A DNA stretch of 64,000 bases, taken from positions 1 to 64,000 of the forward strand of contig CAKSOE010000007.1 of assembly GCA_934476675.1 (NCBI GenBank), written 5' to 3'. Made by a program: the position numbers and the translations under genes. Source of the DNA: an uncultured Clostridia bacterium. Its GTDB lineage: Bacteria; Bacillota; Clostridia; UBA1381. Positions 28,743 to 36,240 of the stretch are shown here, one piece after another. How positions within the stretch are numbered: the stretch's first letter is position 1; each line of letters opens with the position of its first letter. Below the pieces are notes generated by a model that saw nothing but the letters and a program-made list of their open reading frames with translations, was not told where the DNA came from and searched no databases.

Positions 28743-29435
28743 TTAATTATCAAGTATTTTTCCGTCGGTGGATATAATTACTACATTCCACGGCAGAAAT
28801 TTTCCGCTTGCCTGCAATGCGTTTTTCACTGCGGCTTCAATACCTCCGCAGCAAGGAACCTCCATTCTTACAACGGTAACGCTCTTTATATCGTTATTGG
28901 CTATAATTTGTGTAAGCTTTTCGGCATAGTCTGTGTTGTCGAGCTTTGGGCAGCCGATTAATGTTATTCTGCCGCGGATAAAATCGTTGTGCATATTTCC
29001 GTATGCGTATGCGGTACAATCGGCGGCAATGAGAAGCTTTGCACCGTCATAGTACGGGGCGTTTACGGGCGCAAGCTTAATTTGTACCGGCCATTGCTGT
29101 AATTGGCTTGATATTGCGGCTGTCGGAACGGCAGTATCCCTTTTGATTGATTTTGAATTAGTTCCCGGGCAACCGCAGGGAAGAGGATTTACTTGGTTTT
29201 TGAGCTTGTTTTTTAAAACGGCTGCTTCGTCATAAGCCGGGGCCTCGCGTTCTTCAAATGAAATCGCATTTGTAGGACAGGCAGGCAGACAATCCCCCAA
29301 GCCGTCGCAGTAGTCCTCACGACCGAGTTTTGCTTTACCGTTAACCATAATAATGGCGTTTTCGTGGCAGGCGCTTGCACAAGCGCCGCAGCCGTTGCAT
29401 TTTTCTTCATCGATTTTTATAATTCTTCTTATCAT
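28743..29435 (-). CDS. 4Fe-4S dicluster ferredoxin-domain protein with C-terminal domain of unknown function
   Basis: GGAAGGAG RBS then ATG ~29435 (MIRRIIKIDEEKCNGCGACASACHENAI...CDGLGDCLPACP); track ORF extends further upstream without RBS. Confidence 0.6.
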   Translation of the reverse strand: MIRRIIKIDEEKCNGCGACASACHENAIIMVNGKAKLGREDYCDGLGDCLPACPTNAISFEEREAPAYDEAAVLKNKLKNQVNPLPCGCPGTNSKSIKRDTAVPTAAISSQLQQWPVQIKLAPVNAPYYDGAKLLIAADCTAYAYGNMHNDFIRGRITLIGCPKLDNTDYAEKLTQIIANNDIKSVTVVRMEVPCCGGIEAAVKNALQASGKFLPWNVVIISTDGKILDN

Positions 29436-29489
29436 ATATAAAACTCCTTCCCTAAATTTAGTTACTTTATCAAAAAATACAGTATATTC

Positions 29490-29518
29490 TTGACTTTTCA
29501 CAGCCATTATACTATACT
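29490..29518 (+). promoter_or_regulatory. sigma-70-like promoter of crp/fnr-family gene (TTGACT-17-TATACT)
   Basis: ttgact tttcacagccattatac tatact read directly, 40 nt upstream of RBS/ATG. Confidence 0.5.
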
Positions 29519-29560
29519 GTAACATAAAAGTATGTTGGAAATCCAACAAGGAGATTAATT

Positions 29561-30220
29561 ATGAAAGAATATATTGGTTTTATAGAGAAATGTCCGTTGT
29601 TTTCGGGAATTGCAGAAGACGATTTGCTGAAAATGTTAGATTGTATGGAGGCGGTTGTAAAAGGTTACAAAAGAAATGAATTTATTTTTCGGGCAGGAGA
29701 AAAAGCAGGCAGGATAGGGGTAGCGCTCAGCGGTACAATACAGATTATACGCGAGGACTATAACGGTAATTGCAGTATTAATTCCGTAATAGCGGCGCCC
29801 GGGATTTTTGCGGAGGCTTTTGCCTGTACGGGCAAAAAGAAATTCCCCGTAAGTGCGGTGGCGCGTGAGAAATGTACGGTTTTGTTTTTGGATTACGGCA
29901 AAATGGAAAAGGTGTGTACTGATGGGAGTTCATTTAAAGTTATAAGCAATCTTTTGAATATTGTGGCAAACAAAAATGTAACGCTTGATAAAAAAATCGA
30001 AGTGCTGTCAAAACGTACAACGCGCGAAAAAATCATGACATATTTATTTTCTGAAGCGAGCAGTCATGGGAGCAGCAGTTTTACGATACCGTACAATCGG
30101 CAGGAGTTGGCGGATTTTCTATGTGTTGAGAGAAGTGCAATGTCGGCGGAGATAAGTAAATTGTGTCGCGAAAAGGTGATTGAAACGAAAAAAAGCAGCT
30201 TTCGGCTCCTCGAAAAATAA
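29561..30220 (+). CDS. Crp/Fnr-family transcriptional regulator
   Basis: 219 aa; N-terminal cNMP-binding-like beta-roll, C-terminal HTH (RQELADFLCVERSAMSAEISKLCREKVI); divergent from ferredoxin/fprA genes. Confidence 0.8.
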   Translation: MKEYIGFIEKCPLFSGIAEDDLLKMLDCMEAVVKGYKRNEFIFRAGEKAGRIGVALSGTIQIIREDYNGNCSINSVIAAPGIFAEAFACTGKKKFPVSAVAREKCTVLFLDYGKMEKVCTDGSSFKVISNLLNIVANKNVTLDKKIEVLSKRTTREKIMTYLFSEASSHGSSSFTIPYNRQELADFLCVERSAMSAEISKLCREKVIETKKSSFRLLEK

Positions 30221-30258
30221 TTTTTCGAAAAAAAAATCATTTTTTTCGAAAAAAACTA

Positions 30259-30287
30259 TTGACAAACATATAAAATTGTGGTATTAT
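30259..30287 (+). promoter_or_regulatory. promoter of tRNA-Lys (TTGACA-17-TATTAT with TGn extension)
   Basis: ttgaca aacatataaaattgtgg tattat; ~30 nt upstream of tRNA 5' end; preceded by duplicated tttttcgaaaaaaa palindromes. Confidence 0.55.
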
Positions 30288-30316
30288 ATTTCTTGTGTTC
30301 AGCGCAAGAGATAAAT

Positions 30317-30392
30317 GCGCTATTAGCTCAGTTGGTAGAGCACCTGACTCTTAATCAGGGTGTCCGGGGTTCGAGCCCCCGATGGCGTACCA
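30317..30392 (+). tRNA. tRNA-Lys (anticodon CTT)
   Basis: GCGCTATTAGCTCAGTTGGTAGAGCACCTGACTCTTAATCAGGGTGTCCGGGGTTCGAGCCCCCGATGGCGTACCA: D-arm and T-arm as B. subtilis tRNA-Lys, anticodon loop CTCTTAA, encoded CCA; acceptor stem has two G-U wobbles. Confidence 0.8.
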
Positions 30393-30408
30393 TAACAATA
30401 TTAAACAA

Positions 30409-30444
30409 AACCTCCGAGTGTTTTATTACCTCGGGGGTTTTGCT
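30409..30444 (+). terminator. rho-independent terminator after tRNA-Lys
   Basis: cctccgag tgttttattac ctcggggg tttTgcttTg. Confidence 0.6.
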
Positions 30445-30544
30445 TTGTCTGCATTTTTATTACAAAGGTATTAATTATTTTAGCAATTCAAACATTAAAG
30501 CGAGCAGTTTGTGTATCACGTACACGCTGCCCGCTTATTTATTC

Positions 30545-30574
30545 GTCACAATATATCCCTCTATATATTGTGAC
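30545..30574. repeat. perfect 12-bp inverted repeat (GTCACAATATAT-ccctct-ATATATTGTGAC) near left end of element
   Basis: read directly; candidate recombinase/regulator site or hairpin. Confidence 0.4.
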
Positions 30575-30604
30575 AGCAATAATATATTTTAACACATAAT
30601 CGAC

Positions 30605-31546
30605 CTATTCATCATCGGAACGAATTTCTTTATTATGCCTGTTTTTGGGGTGTCTTTTTAAATAATCACGAAAATCATTTATTTCTTCGATGTTTTCCCT
30701 TTTAGAATATGCTGGATTATAGCCATAATCTAATAACCTTCTAATATATCTATCCTTTAATTTTAGCATTTGATTGTATTCGTACTCTAAACTGCCACTA
30801 TATTTGCAAGTGTACGCATTGTTTTCTGTCTCATTGTCTTTGATAGGCTCTTCTTTTGAAGTTTCTTCTCCCTTTAATATTCTAATCCTTTTTTTTGCTT
30901 TTTTTATACTTTGTTTTAAATGGTTAATGTGGTCATTTTGTTGATTAATGTAATCATTTTGTTGGCTAATGCGGTCATTCTGTTGACGGATTGTTTTGTT
31001 TAACTCATAAATTTTGTCATCACGCTGTTCAAGCAAATTATTTTGTTGCTCGACATATTCATGAAGTCCGCATATTTTTTTATCTTGTGTAAGTAGTTTG
31101 GTTTCACTTTCCTCTTTATTATGCACATACTTATTTTCTTTGAGTTTATGTTTAACACATGCAAAATTAGAACAAATCAGAAAAACTTCATATCTGCCTA
31201 TTTCAGTTATCCATGAATATTTTTCAAAATTATCAAATATAGGCAATAAGGCTTCCCATATTCCGCAACTGCGCCATCTATTAAACTTTCGGCGTAAAGA
31301 ATTAATATTAACTTTATTACATTCAGTAAAATCTTCTGAGTTATTCAGAATATAGATATTCTTTATTCCGTCATTTTCAAGCTTTCGCCAATGCAGCTGT
31401 GAATGATATGCTTGTTTCTCATGCAATAAATATAAAACTGCATTTATTAGCAATAGTTTTTCTTCGGTTTTGTTATTGTTATCTTCTGGCAACACTCTTG
31501 TGATTTGTTCCCATATTTCATCTTCAAAATTTACGTATTTGTACAT
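30605..31546 (-). CDS. hypothetical protein: transposase-type N-terminal HTH (DUF4096-like) + coiled-coil with heptad/7-aa QQND repeats
   Basis: Promoter TTGACT-17-TATACT at 31568-31596 and GAGGTGA RBS favour ATG at ~31546 (MYKYVNFEDEIW...); segment NINSLRRKFNRWRSCGIWEALL resembles the FRKW...G.WE motif of IS4/IS5 DUF4096 HTH; no DDE domain; C-terminal Lys/Glu-rich coiled coil. Confidence 0.5.
   Translation of the reverse strand: MYKYVNFEDEIWEQITRVLPEDNNNKTEEKLLLINAVLYLLHEKQAYHSQLHWRKLENDGIKNIYILNNSEDFTECNKVNINSLRRKFNRWRSCGIWEALLPIFDNFEKYSWITEIGRYEVFLICSNFACVKHKLKENKYVHNKEESETKLLTQDKKICGLHEYVEQQNNLLEQRDDKIYELNKTIRQQNDRISQQNDYINQQNDHINHLKQSIKKAKKRIRILKGEETSKEEPIKDNETENNAYTCKYSGSLEYEYNQMLKLKDRYIRRLLDYGYNPAYSKRENIEEINDFRDYLKRHPKNRHNKEIRSDDE
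30924..30986 (-). repeat. 3 x 21-nt tandem repeat inside CDS (encodes IxQQND(R/Y/H) units)
   Basis: ttaatgtggtcattttgttga / ttaatgtaatcattttgttgg / ctaatgcggtcattctgttga. Confidence 0.55.
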
Positions 31547-31567
31547 TGACTTTATCACCTCAATGCA

Positions 31568-31596
31568 AGTATACCTCATATATAATCAAAAGTCAA
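31568..31596 (-). promoter_or_regulatory. promoter (TTGACT-17-TATACT) for DUF4096-like gene
   Basis: minus-strand cttgact tttgattatatatgagg tatact read directly. Confidence 0.45.
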
Positions 31597-31847
31597 GACG
31601 TGTCCTATTTCAAATTCAATTTTTAAAAAAACCAATCCACCTAAAAAACATTTAGATATTACCTCTGGGAGTTAAAAACTCACCAATGTAAATACACGTG
31701 ATTTTCTCTCCCTAAAAAATAATTAACCCAAGGAGGTAGTACAAATGTGTACAGAGGTAATTTTAAGTACCGCGCAAGCAAAACAAATAGCTTATGATTG
31801 GTACGACATCATTGTAAAAACTATAACAGAAGAAGGAGAGATTGAAA

Positions 31848-32489
31848 ATGAAAAAACAGAAGCAAGTATTTTATAAGAGGAGTTTAGTACAAATGGCAAG
31901 AAAAATGAACGCCAAAAGGAAATGCGAAATTGAGGAGCAGTTAAAAGAGTTACAACAAATTCCGTTACAGCGCCGTTCAAACGGTGAATACATACCATTT
32001 AACTGCGATGACTTCGAGTTAAGAGAATGGTGCGGTAAATTCAACCGCAAACTTCGTAGGTGCAAGGAAGTTATAGAACACCCTATAAACCCGATAATAC
32101 AAACGCATTTGTCGCAATACTATCCGTATAGCAAATCGGACAAGTTATTGTGCGAGTGGTGCAGAAATAAAAATAAAGAAGTTCGTGCTAAAAGCTGTTC
32201 AGAGCCTGCACTCAAGCCGATACTTATATCAGACGGTAAGTATAGGTCAACTGATGAAAACGACGCATTGCTTGTAAAGTGGTGTAATAAATATAACGAC
32301 AAATTGCAAAAAAGCAAGAGCTTTGTTGTAATGCACACAGGCAGTAATGCCCGTCAGCCCCTTTGGTGTAGTAACGGTTATTTCAGTTGTGACGTCAAAG
32401 AAAGCCTGTTATGGAAGTGGTGTATAAAGCGCAACGCTGAAATAAATAAATTATTAGCAGAAAGGAGTGCTTTAAATGACAGAACGTAA
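31848..32489 (+). CDS. hypothetical protein with four W-C-x-K-x-N helical repeats, overlapping Rep start
   Basis: GAAGGAGAG RBS then ATG 31848 (track start is TTG); repeats ELREWCGKFNRKLRR / LLCEWCRNKNKEVR / LLVKWCNKYNDKLQK / LLWKWCIKRNAEINK; 14-nt overlap with Rep ORF; a 43-aa upstream ORF (31745-31876, strong AGGAGG RBS) overlaps its start. Confidence 0.5.
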   Translation: MKKQKQVFYKRSLVQMARKMNAKRKCEIEEQLKELQQIPLQRRSNGEYIPFNCDDFELREWCGKFNRKLRRCKEVIEHPINPIIQTHLSQYYPYSKSDKLLCEWCRNKNKEVRAKSCSEPALKPILISDGKYRSTDENDALLVKWCNKYNDKLQKSKSFVVMHTGSNARQPLWCSNGYFSCDVKESLLWKWCIKRNAEINKLLAERSALNDRT

Positions 32490-33342
32490 GTTGGAATTTT
32501 CAAGCGGTGAGTATTCGCCGCTTGATACAGACAGCAATTCAAAAATTATATTTTTGCCAGACAGCGCAGAAGTCGTAACAGCAAAAAATTCGGGCGGTTC
32601 AACAGCATTATCGGGTATCAAGCGTATTTCAAAGAACGAGTATGTAAAAGTCGAAACAGGCGAAGTATTCAAGTATAATACGAATGCTAACAAGACGGAT
32701 AATACTGTATCAATTAAGAAATCCTTGAACAATCTGCGTAAGCTGATACTGAATAATTTTGTAGAGTTTGAAAGCATTTTTATAACGCTTACCTACAAAG
32801 ATGAAATGTTTGACTTTACCCAAGCGGTTCAGGATTATACAAAGTTTTTTGAAAGCCTGAAAAAGCATTACAATCATTATAATCTTAAATATTTAAGAAT
32901 TATAGAGCCGACCGACAAAGGCAACTGGCATATTCATATGCTGCTAAAACCCGCTGAAAAGGCAGATAAATTTTATATCAGCCAAGAGACAGTTCAAAAC
33001 ATTTGGAAACATGGCTCTGTTAAGGTAGAGCAGATACATAATATAAAGGGATTGGCAAATTACTTTTGTACATACAGTAATGATGATAAAGCTTTACCCG
33101 AAAAGGCAAAGCCCAAGCACGTTAAAAAACAAGAGCGTTGGAAATACTACCCTTATCGTGCGAGGATTTTTGCAAAGTCAAATGATATAGTATATCCCAA
33201 AACGGTAAAAGCTAAGAGAGGACAGGTGGACGAGCTTCTAAAAGACTATAAAAGGGTTTCGGCAAGTACGCTGACTGTTAAGGACAGCGAAACAGGCAGA
33301 GTTGTGAATAAGGTAAATTATGAGCATTACAAAAAGCGGTAA
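32476..33342 (+). CDS. rep: rolling-circle replication initiator (HUH endonuclease Rep)
   Basis: AAAGGAG RBS + ATG; motif 1 FITLTY, motif 2 HUH = NWHIHMLL, motif 3 two-tyrosine YFCTY (YxxxY); 288 aa. Confidence 0.7.
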   Translation: MTERKLEFSSGEYSPLDTDSNSKIIFLPDSAEVVTAKNSGGSTALSGIKRISKNEYVKVETGEVFKYNTNANKTDNTVSIKKSLNNLRKLILNNFVEFESIFITLTYKDEMFDFTQAVQDYTKFFESLKKHYNHYNLKYLRIIEPTDKGNWHIHMLLKPAEKADKFYISQETVQNIWKHGSVKVEQIHNIKGLANYFCTYSNDDKALPEKAKPKHVKKQERWKYYPYRARIFAKSNDIVYPKTVKAKRGQVDELLKDYKRVSASTLTVKDSETGRVVNKVNYEHYKKR

Positions 33343-33588
33343 GCCATTCTATTTAATATATTATTATATAACTCAGTCATTTTACTAACCCCCCCTGCTG
33401 CATACCACAGCTGAATATGAGAGCGAACAAGCAAAAAATAAACTGGCGTATTCGTATGTCAGTTTATTTTTATATACGCATAATGCGCCGTTATTTTAGG
33501 TTATACGCAAGCTTAAAAGCAAAACGGTATTGCAATACTGTAACAACGCAAAGCAAGTGATAAAACAAAAGCTATTGGGTATTACGGC

Positions 33589-33900
33589 TTAGTTGCTTTC
33601 AAGACCCAACAATATATTTACAGCGTGTTGTAAATCAGTATGCTCATGATATGCTTGTATAAGCCTTTTATCATCAGCGCTTAATTCGTTATTATCAAGG
33701 TGAGTGTCAAGAAGCTCACTGGGTGATACGTTTAGGGCATTGCAAATATTAGAAAGCAAATCAACATCGGGTCGGTTTAGACCTTGCTCCCAGTTTGATA
33801 CACGTGAATTAGATACGCCGATTTTATGAGCAAGCTCTTTTTGTGACATATTGTTTTGCTTGCGAAATTTACTTATGCGCTTACCAATCTCATAACTCAT
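33589..33900 (-). CDS. XRE-family HTH repressor (cI-like)
   Basis: HTH_XRE signature MSQKELAHKIGVSNSRVSNWEQGLNRPDVDLLSNICNALNVSPSELL; AGGGAG RBS before ATG ~33900; divergent from cro-like gene. Confidence 0.75.
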   Translation of the reverse strand: MSYEIGKRISKFRKQNNMSQKELAHKIGVSNSRVSNWEQGLNRPDVDLLSNICNALNVSPSELLDTHLDNNELSADDKRLIQAYHEHTDLQHAVNILLGLESN

Positions 33901-33978
33901 TAACATCACTCCCTGCTTATATTATAGCAGAAAAACTTTAAAACGTCAATAAAAATTCAGAAAATATTGAAAAAAGTC

Positions 33979-34030
33979 TTGACATTACAGTTAAACTGAT
34001 ATATAATATTTATAAATACAGTTATGCTGT
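33979..34030 (+). promoter_or_regulatory. consensus promoter TTGACA-17-TATAAT with palindromic operators (ACAGTT half-sites) for cro-like gene
   Basis: cttgaca ttacagttaaactgata tataat; palindromes CAGTTaAACTG inside spacer and ACAGttatgCTGT at 34018-34030 just before RBS AAAGGAG. Confidence 0.55.
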
Positions 34031-34053
34031 AATTTAGAAAGGAGTGATACAGA

Positions 34054-34263
34054 ATGCACGTATATGAAAAGGTACGGGAATACATAACAAGTCATGGTAT
34101 AAAGCAAACGGTTATAGCAAGAAAATGCGGAATATCAACAGCGACATTCAATGCAATTTTAAACGGCAAGCGAACTATGTACGCTGACGATTTGAGAGCA
34201 ATATGCTTTGCGCTTGACGTTAGCCCTGAATTGTTTATTGAATTTCAAAAATTAAGCGCATGA
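34054..34263 (+). CDS. XRE-family HTH regulator (Cro-like)
   Basis: 69 aa; IKQTVIARKCGISTATFNAILNGKRTMYADDLRAICFALDVSPELF; RBS AAAGGAG. Confidence 0.7.
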   Translation: MHVYEKVREYITSHGIKQTVIARKCGISTATFNAILNGKRTMYADDLRAICFALDVSPELFIEFQKLSA

Positions 34264-34284
34264 TTATAAAGGAGTTTTTAGAAA

Positions 34285-34449
34285 ATGAAAGAATTTAAAG
34301 TAACATTTATGGTTGACGGCAAAAGAACCGAAGAATATGTAACGGCTAACGGGGGAAGCGACGCACGTAAAATTATAGAGAAGCGATTTGGTAATTGTAA
34401 AGTAGTGATTATCAATGTACAAGATATAACTAATGGTTTTTATTGCTGA
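34285..34449 (+). CDS. small hypothetical protein (54 aa)
   Basis: AAAGGAG RBS 8 nt upstream; MKEFKVTFMVDGKRTEEYVTANGGSDARKIIEKRFGNCKVVIINVQDITNGFYC; below ORF-track size cut-off. Confidence 0.4.
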   Translation: MKEFKVTFMVDGKRTEEYVTANGGSDARKIIEKRFGNCKVVIINVQDITNGFYC

Positions 34450-34527
34450 TAACTACGGTGCAAGATTAATATTACTAACCACTATGTTTTGAGTTTAGTT
34501 GGTACGTTATTAAAAAGATGAATATAA
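34443..34527 (+). repeat. direct repeat copy A (~85 nt; conserved core TTGCTGATA..TACGGTG..A.ATTAATATTAC ... TTGGT..GT.TTATTAAAAGA)
   Basis: aligned by eye to copy B at 35628-35712; core ~35 nt ~85% identical plus weaker 3' extension. Confidence 0.5.
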
Positions 34528-34555
34528 ATATAGAAAAGTAAGGGGAATTGAAATA

Positions 34556-35563
34556 ATGGATAATTATTGTACTAAATGCGGCAACAAGTTAGAACCAGGT
34601 CAAAAGGTTTGTGCCCGTTGCGGTAATCGAGTTAACGGAACTGTTTTAAATGATTTTGCTGATAAGATAAAAGCTTATGATTATAAAGGCAAAGCAGAGG
34701 AATTAAAAGTCAAAGCCAACGAGACCATGGATAAGGTCAAAAGTTATGATTATAAGGAAAAGACCGACAAAATTGCTGAAACAGTTAAAAATTATGCCGA
34801 TAAAGCAAAAGATGTTTCAGATACGATTATGACCTATGACTATAAGACAGAAAGTGAAAATATAAAGAAAGGCGGCATAAAGTATTTTTGGAATAGGCAT
34901 AAAAAATTGTCGGTATGTGTAGTGTGTTTTATTGCAGTAATTGGCATATTTACATGTGTTAACCACAAAAAAATTACTGTATCAGACAATGAACCAAAAC
35001 AAGAATATAATAGTAATGCGGTTGATGATAATAATAGTATCGTACAAAATAATCGCTTTACTTGTACGAGAACTGAATTTATAAAAAAATATGATGAATT
35101 ACATAACAAATTAGACGATAATCCATATTTAACGGATACTCTTGCTGATTGTAAATATTATACTAGTGAGCCTAATGCAAGTACTTTGGAAATGCAACCT
35201 AACGCATATAAAGAATATATATATGACACAACGTTATATTCATCAGATGATACAAGAGCAAAAAGCAGCGTGAATATTGCTGTCGATAAAAATGATAATG
35301 TGGTTCTTGTTTCGATTTTTAGATTCGGGCATGCGATACAAACAAAAGAAGCAAAACAACATTACATGTATGCAGATTGTACAGCAGCATATATGGCTGT
35401 AACAGGTACGACAAGTATTGATGCAGCCAAGGACGAATTATATGATGTATATTGCTCATCAAAAATAAGAAAAAGAGACAAATATGAGTATGGTTACAAT
35501 GAAAGAGATGATAAAAATGGTAGTTATGACACAGGTTTTTATATAAAAATTATAAATCAGTAA
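34556..35563 (+). CDS. hypothetical membrane protein: N-terminal zinc ribbon, YDYK amphipathic repeats, one TM, ~190-aa extracytoplasmic domain
   Basis: AAGGGGA RBS; YCTKCGNKLEPGQKVCARCGN zinc ribbon; KAYDYKGK / KSYDYKEK / MTYDYKTE repeats; TM LSVCVVCFIAVIGIFTCV; flanked by direct repeats A and B. Confidence 0.55.
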   Translation: MDNYCTKCGNKLEPGQKVCARCGNRVNGTVLNDFADKIKAYDYKGKAEELKVKANETMDKVKSYDYKEKTDKIAETVKNYADKAKDVSDTIMTYDYKTESENIKKGGIKYFWNRHKKLSVCVVCFIAVIGIFTCVNHKKITVSDNEPKQEYNSNAVDDNNSIVQNNRFTCTRTEFIKKYDELHNKLDDNPYLTDTLADCKYYTSEPNASTLEMQPNAYKEYIYDTTLYSSDDTRAKSSVNIAVDKNDNVVLVSIFRFGHAIQTKEAKQHYMYADCTAAYMAVTGTTSIDAAKDELYDVYCSSKIRKRDKYEYGYNERDDKNGSYDTGFYIKIINQ

Positions 35564-35627
35564 GTTAATTTAAAAACATGCTGGCTTAATTACGCTATGA
35601 AACATTTATTAGAAGATTTATAATTGC

Positions 35628-35712
35628 TGATATTAATTACGGTGTAGAATTAATATTACAAGAGGTATTATATCCAAGTTTAATTGGTGTGTATTATTAA
35701 AAGACAAAGATA
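35628..35712 (+). repeat. direct repeat copy B
   Basis: taattgctgatattaattacggtgtagaattaatattacaagaggtattatatccaagtttaattggtgtgtattattaaaagac; matches copy A. Confidence 0.5.
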
Positions 35713-35753
35713 CTATATACATTGTAAAACGCAGATTAATACAATAAATTAAG

Positions 35754-35782
35754 AAGTACCTTTTACATAAGAGGTACTTTTT
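35754..35782 (+). terminator. rho-independent terminator
   Basis: aagtacct-ttacataag-aggtactt + TTTT. Confidence 0.45.
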
Positions 35783-35810
35783 AATTCAGGAAAAAGCGAG
35801 GTGAGGGACA

Positions 35811-36023
35811 ATGAAAATATTATTTAACGAAAGCGGAGAAAGCAAAACTATAATGTCATATAGTGAGCAGGTAGAAGAAATGCTTAATACTTTGGAAACA
35901 GGCATAGCGGATATGAAACAGTCAAACGGTTTGTACGATTCAAGTATTTTTGTTTGTAAGTTAATCAATTTTAGAAACGGTATAGACGATTTAATTGATG
36001 ATTTAGCTTTTAATTGTATATGA
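35811..36023 (+). CDS. small acidic hypothetical protein (70 aa)
   Basis: GGTGAGGGA RBS; followed by clean terminator; MKILFNESGESKTIMSYSEQVEEMLNTLETGIADMKQSNGLYDSSIFVCKLINFRNGIDDLIDDLAFNCI. Confidence 0.45.
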   Translation: MKILFNESGESKTIMSYSEQVEEMLNTLETGIADMKQSNGLYDSSIFVCKLINFRNGIDDLIDDLAFNCI

Positions 36024-36037
36024 TAATCCTCCCCAAG

Positions 36038-36067
36038 ACAGCCGCCCGACAAGCGGCTGTTTTTTTG
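36038..36067 (+). terminator. rho-independent terminator
   Basis: acagccgc-ccgacaa-gcggctgt + TTTTTTTG. Confidence 0.65.
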
Positions 36068-36174
36068 CGTTTGTTTAAGTGTACTTTTATAAATACTGCA
36101 ATCGGCGGTGATTTTTAAAGATATTTGCGTTTTTAAAGATATATAAATAATTTATAAATATTTTTTAAAACAGG

Positions 36175-36203
36175 TTGACTTTTACAAAGAAATATCATAT
36201 AAT
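36175..36203 (+). promoter_or_regulatory. consensus promoter TTGACT-17-TATAAT upstream of recombinase genes
   Basis: ttgact tttacaaagaaatatca tataat read directly. Confidence 0.55.
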
Positions 36204-36240
36204 ATACGTGTAAGAAAAAAATAAAGGGAGCGTATGCAAT

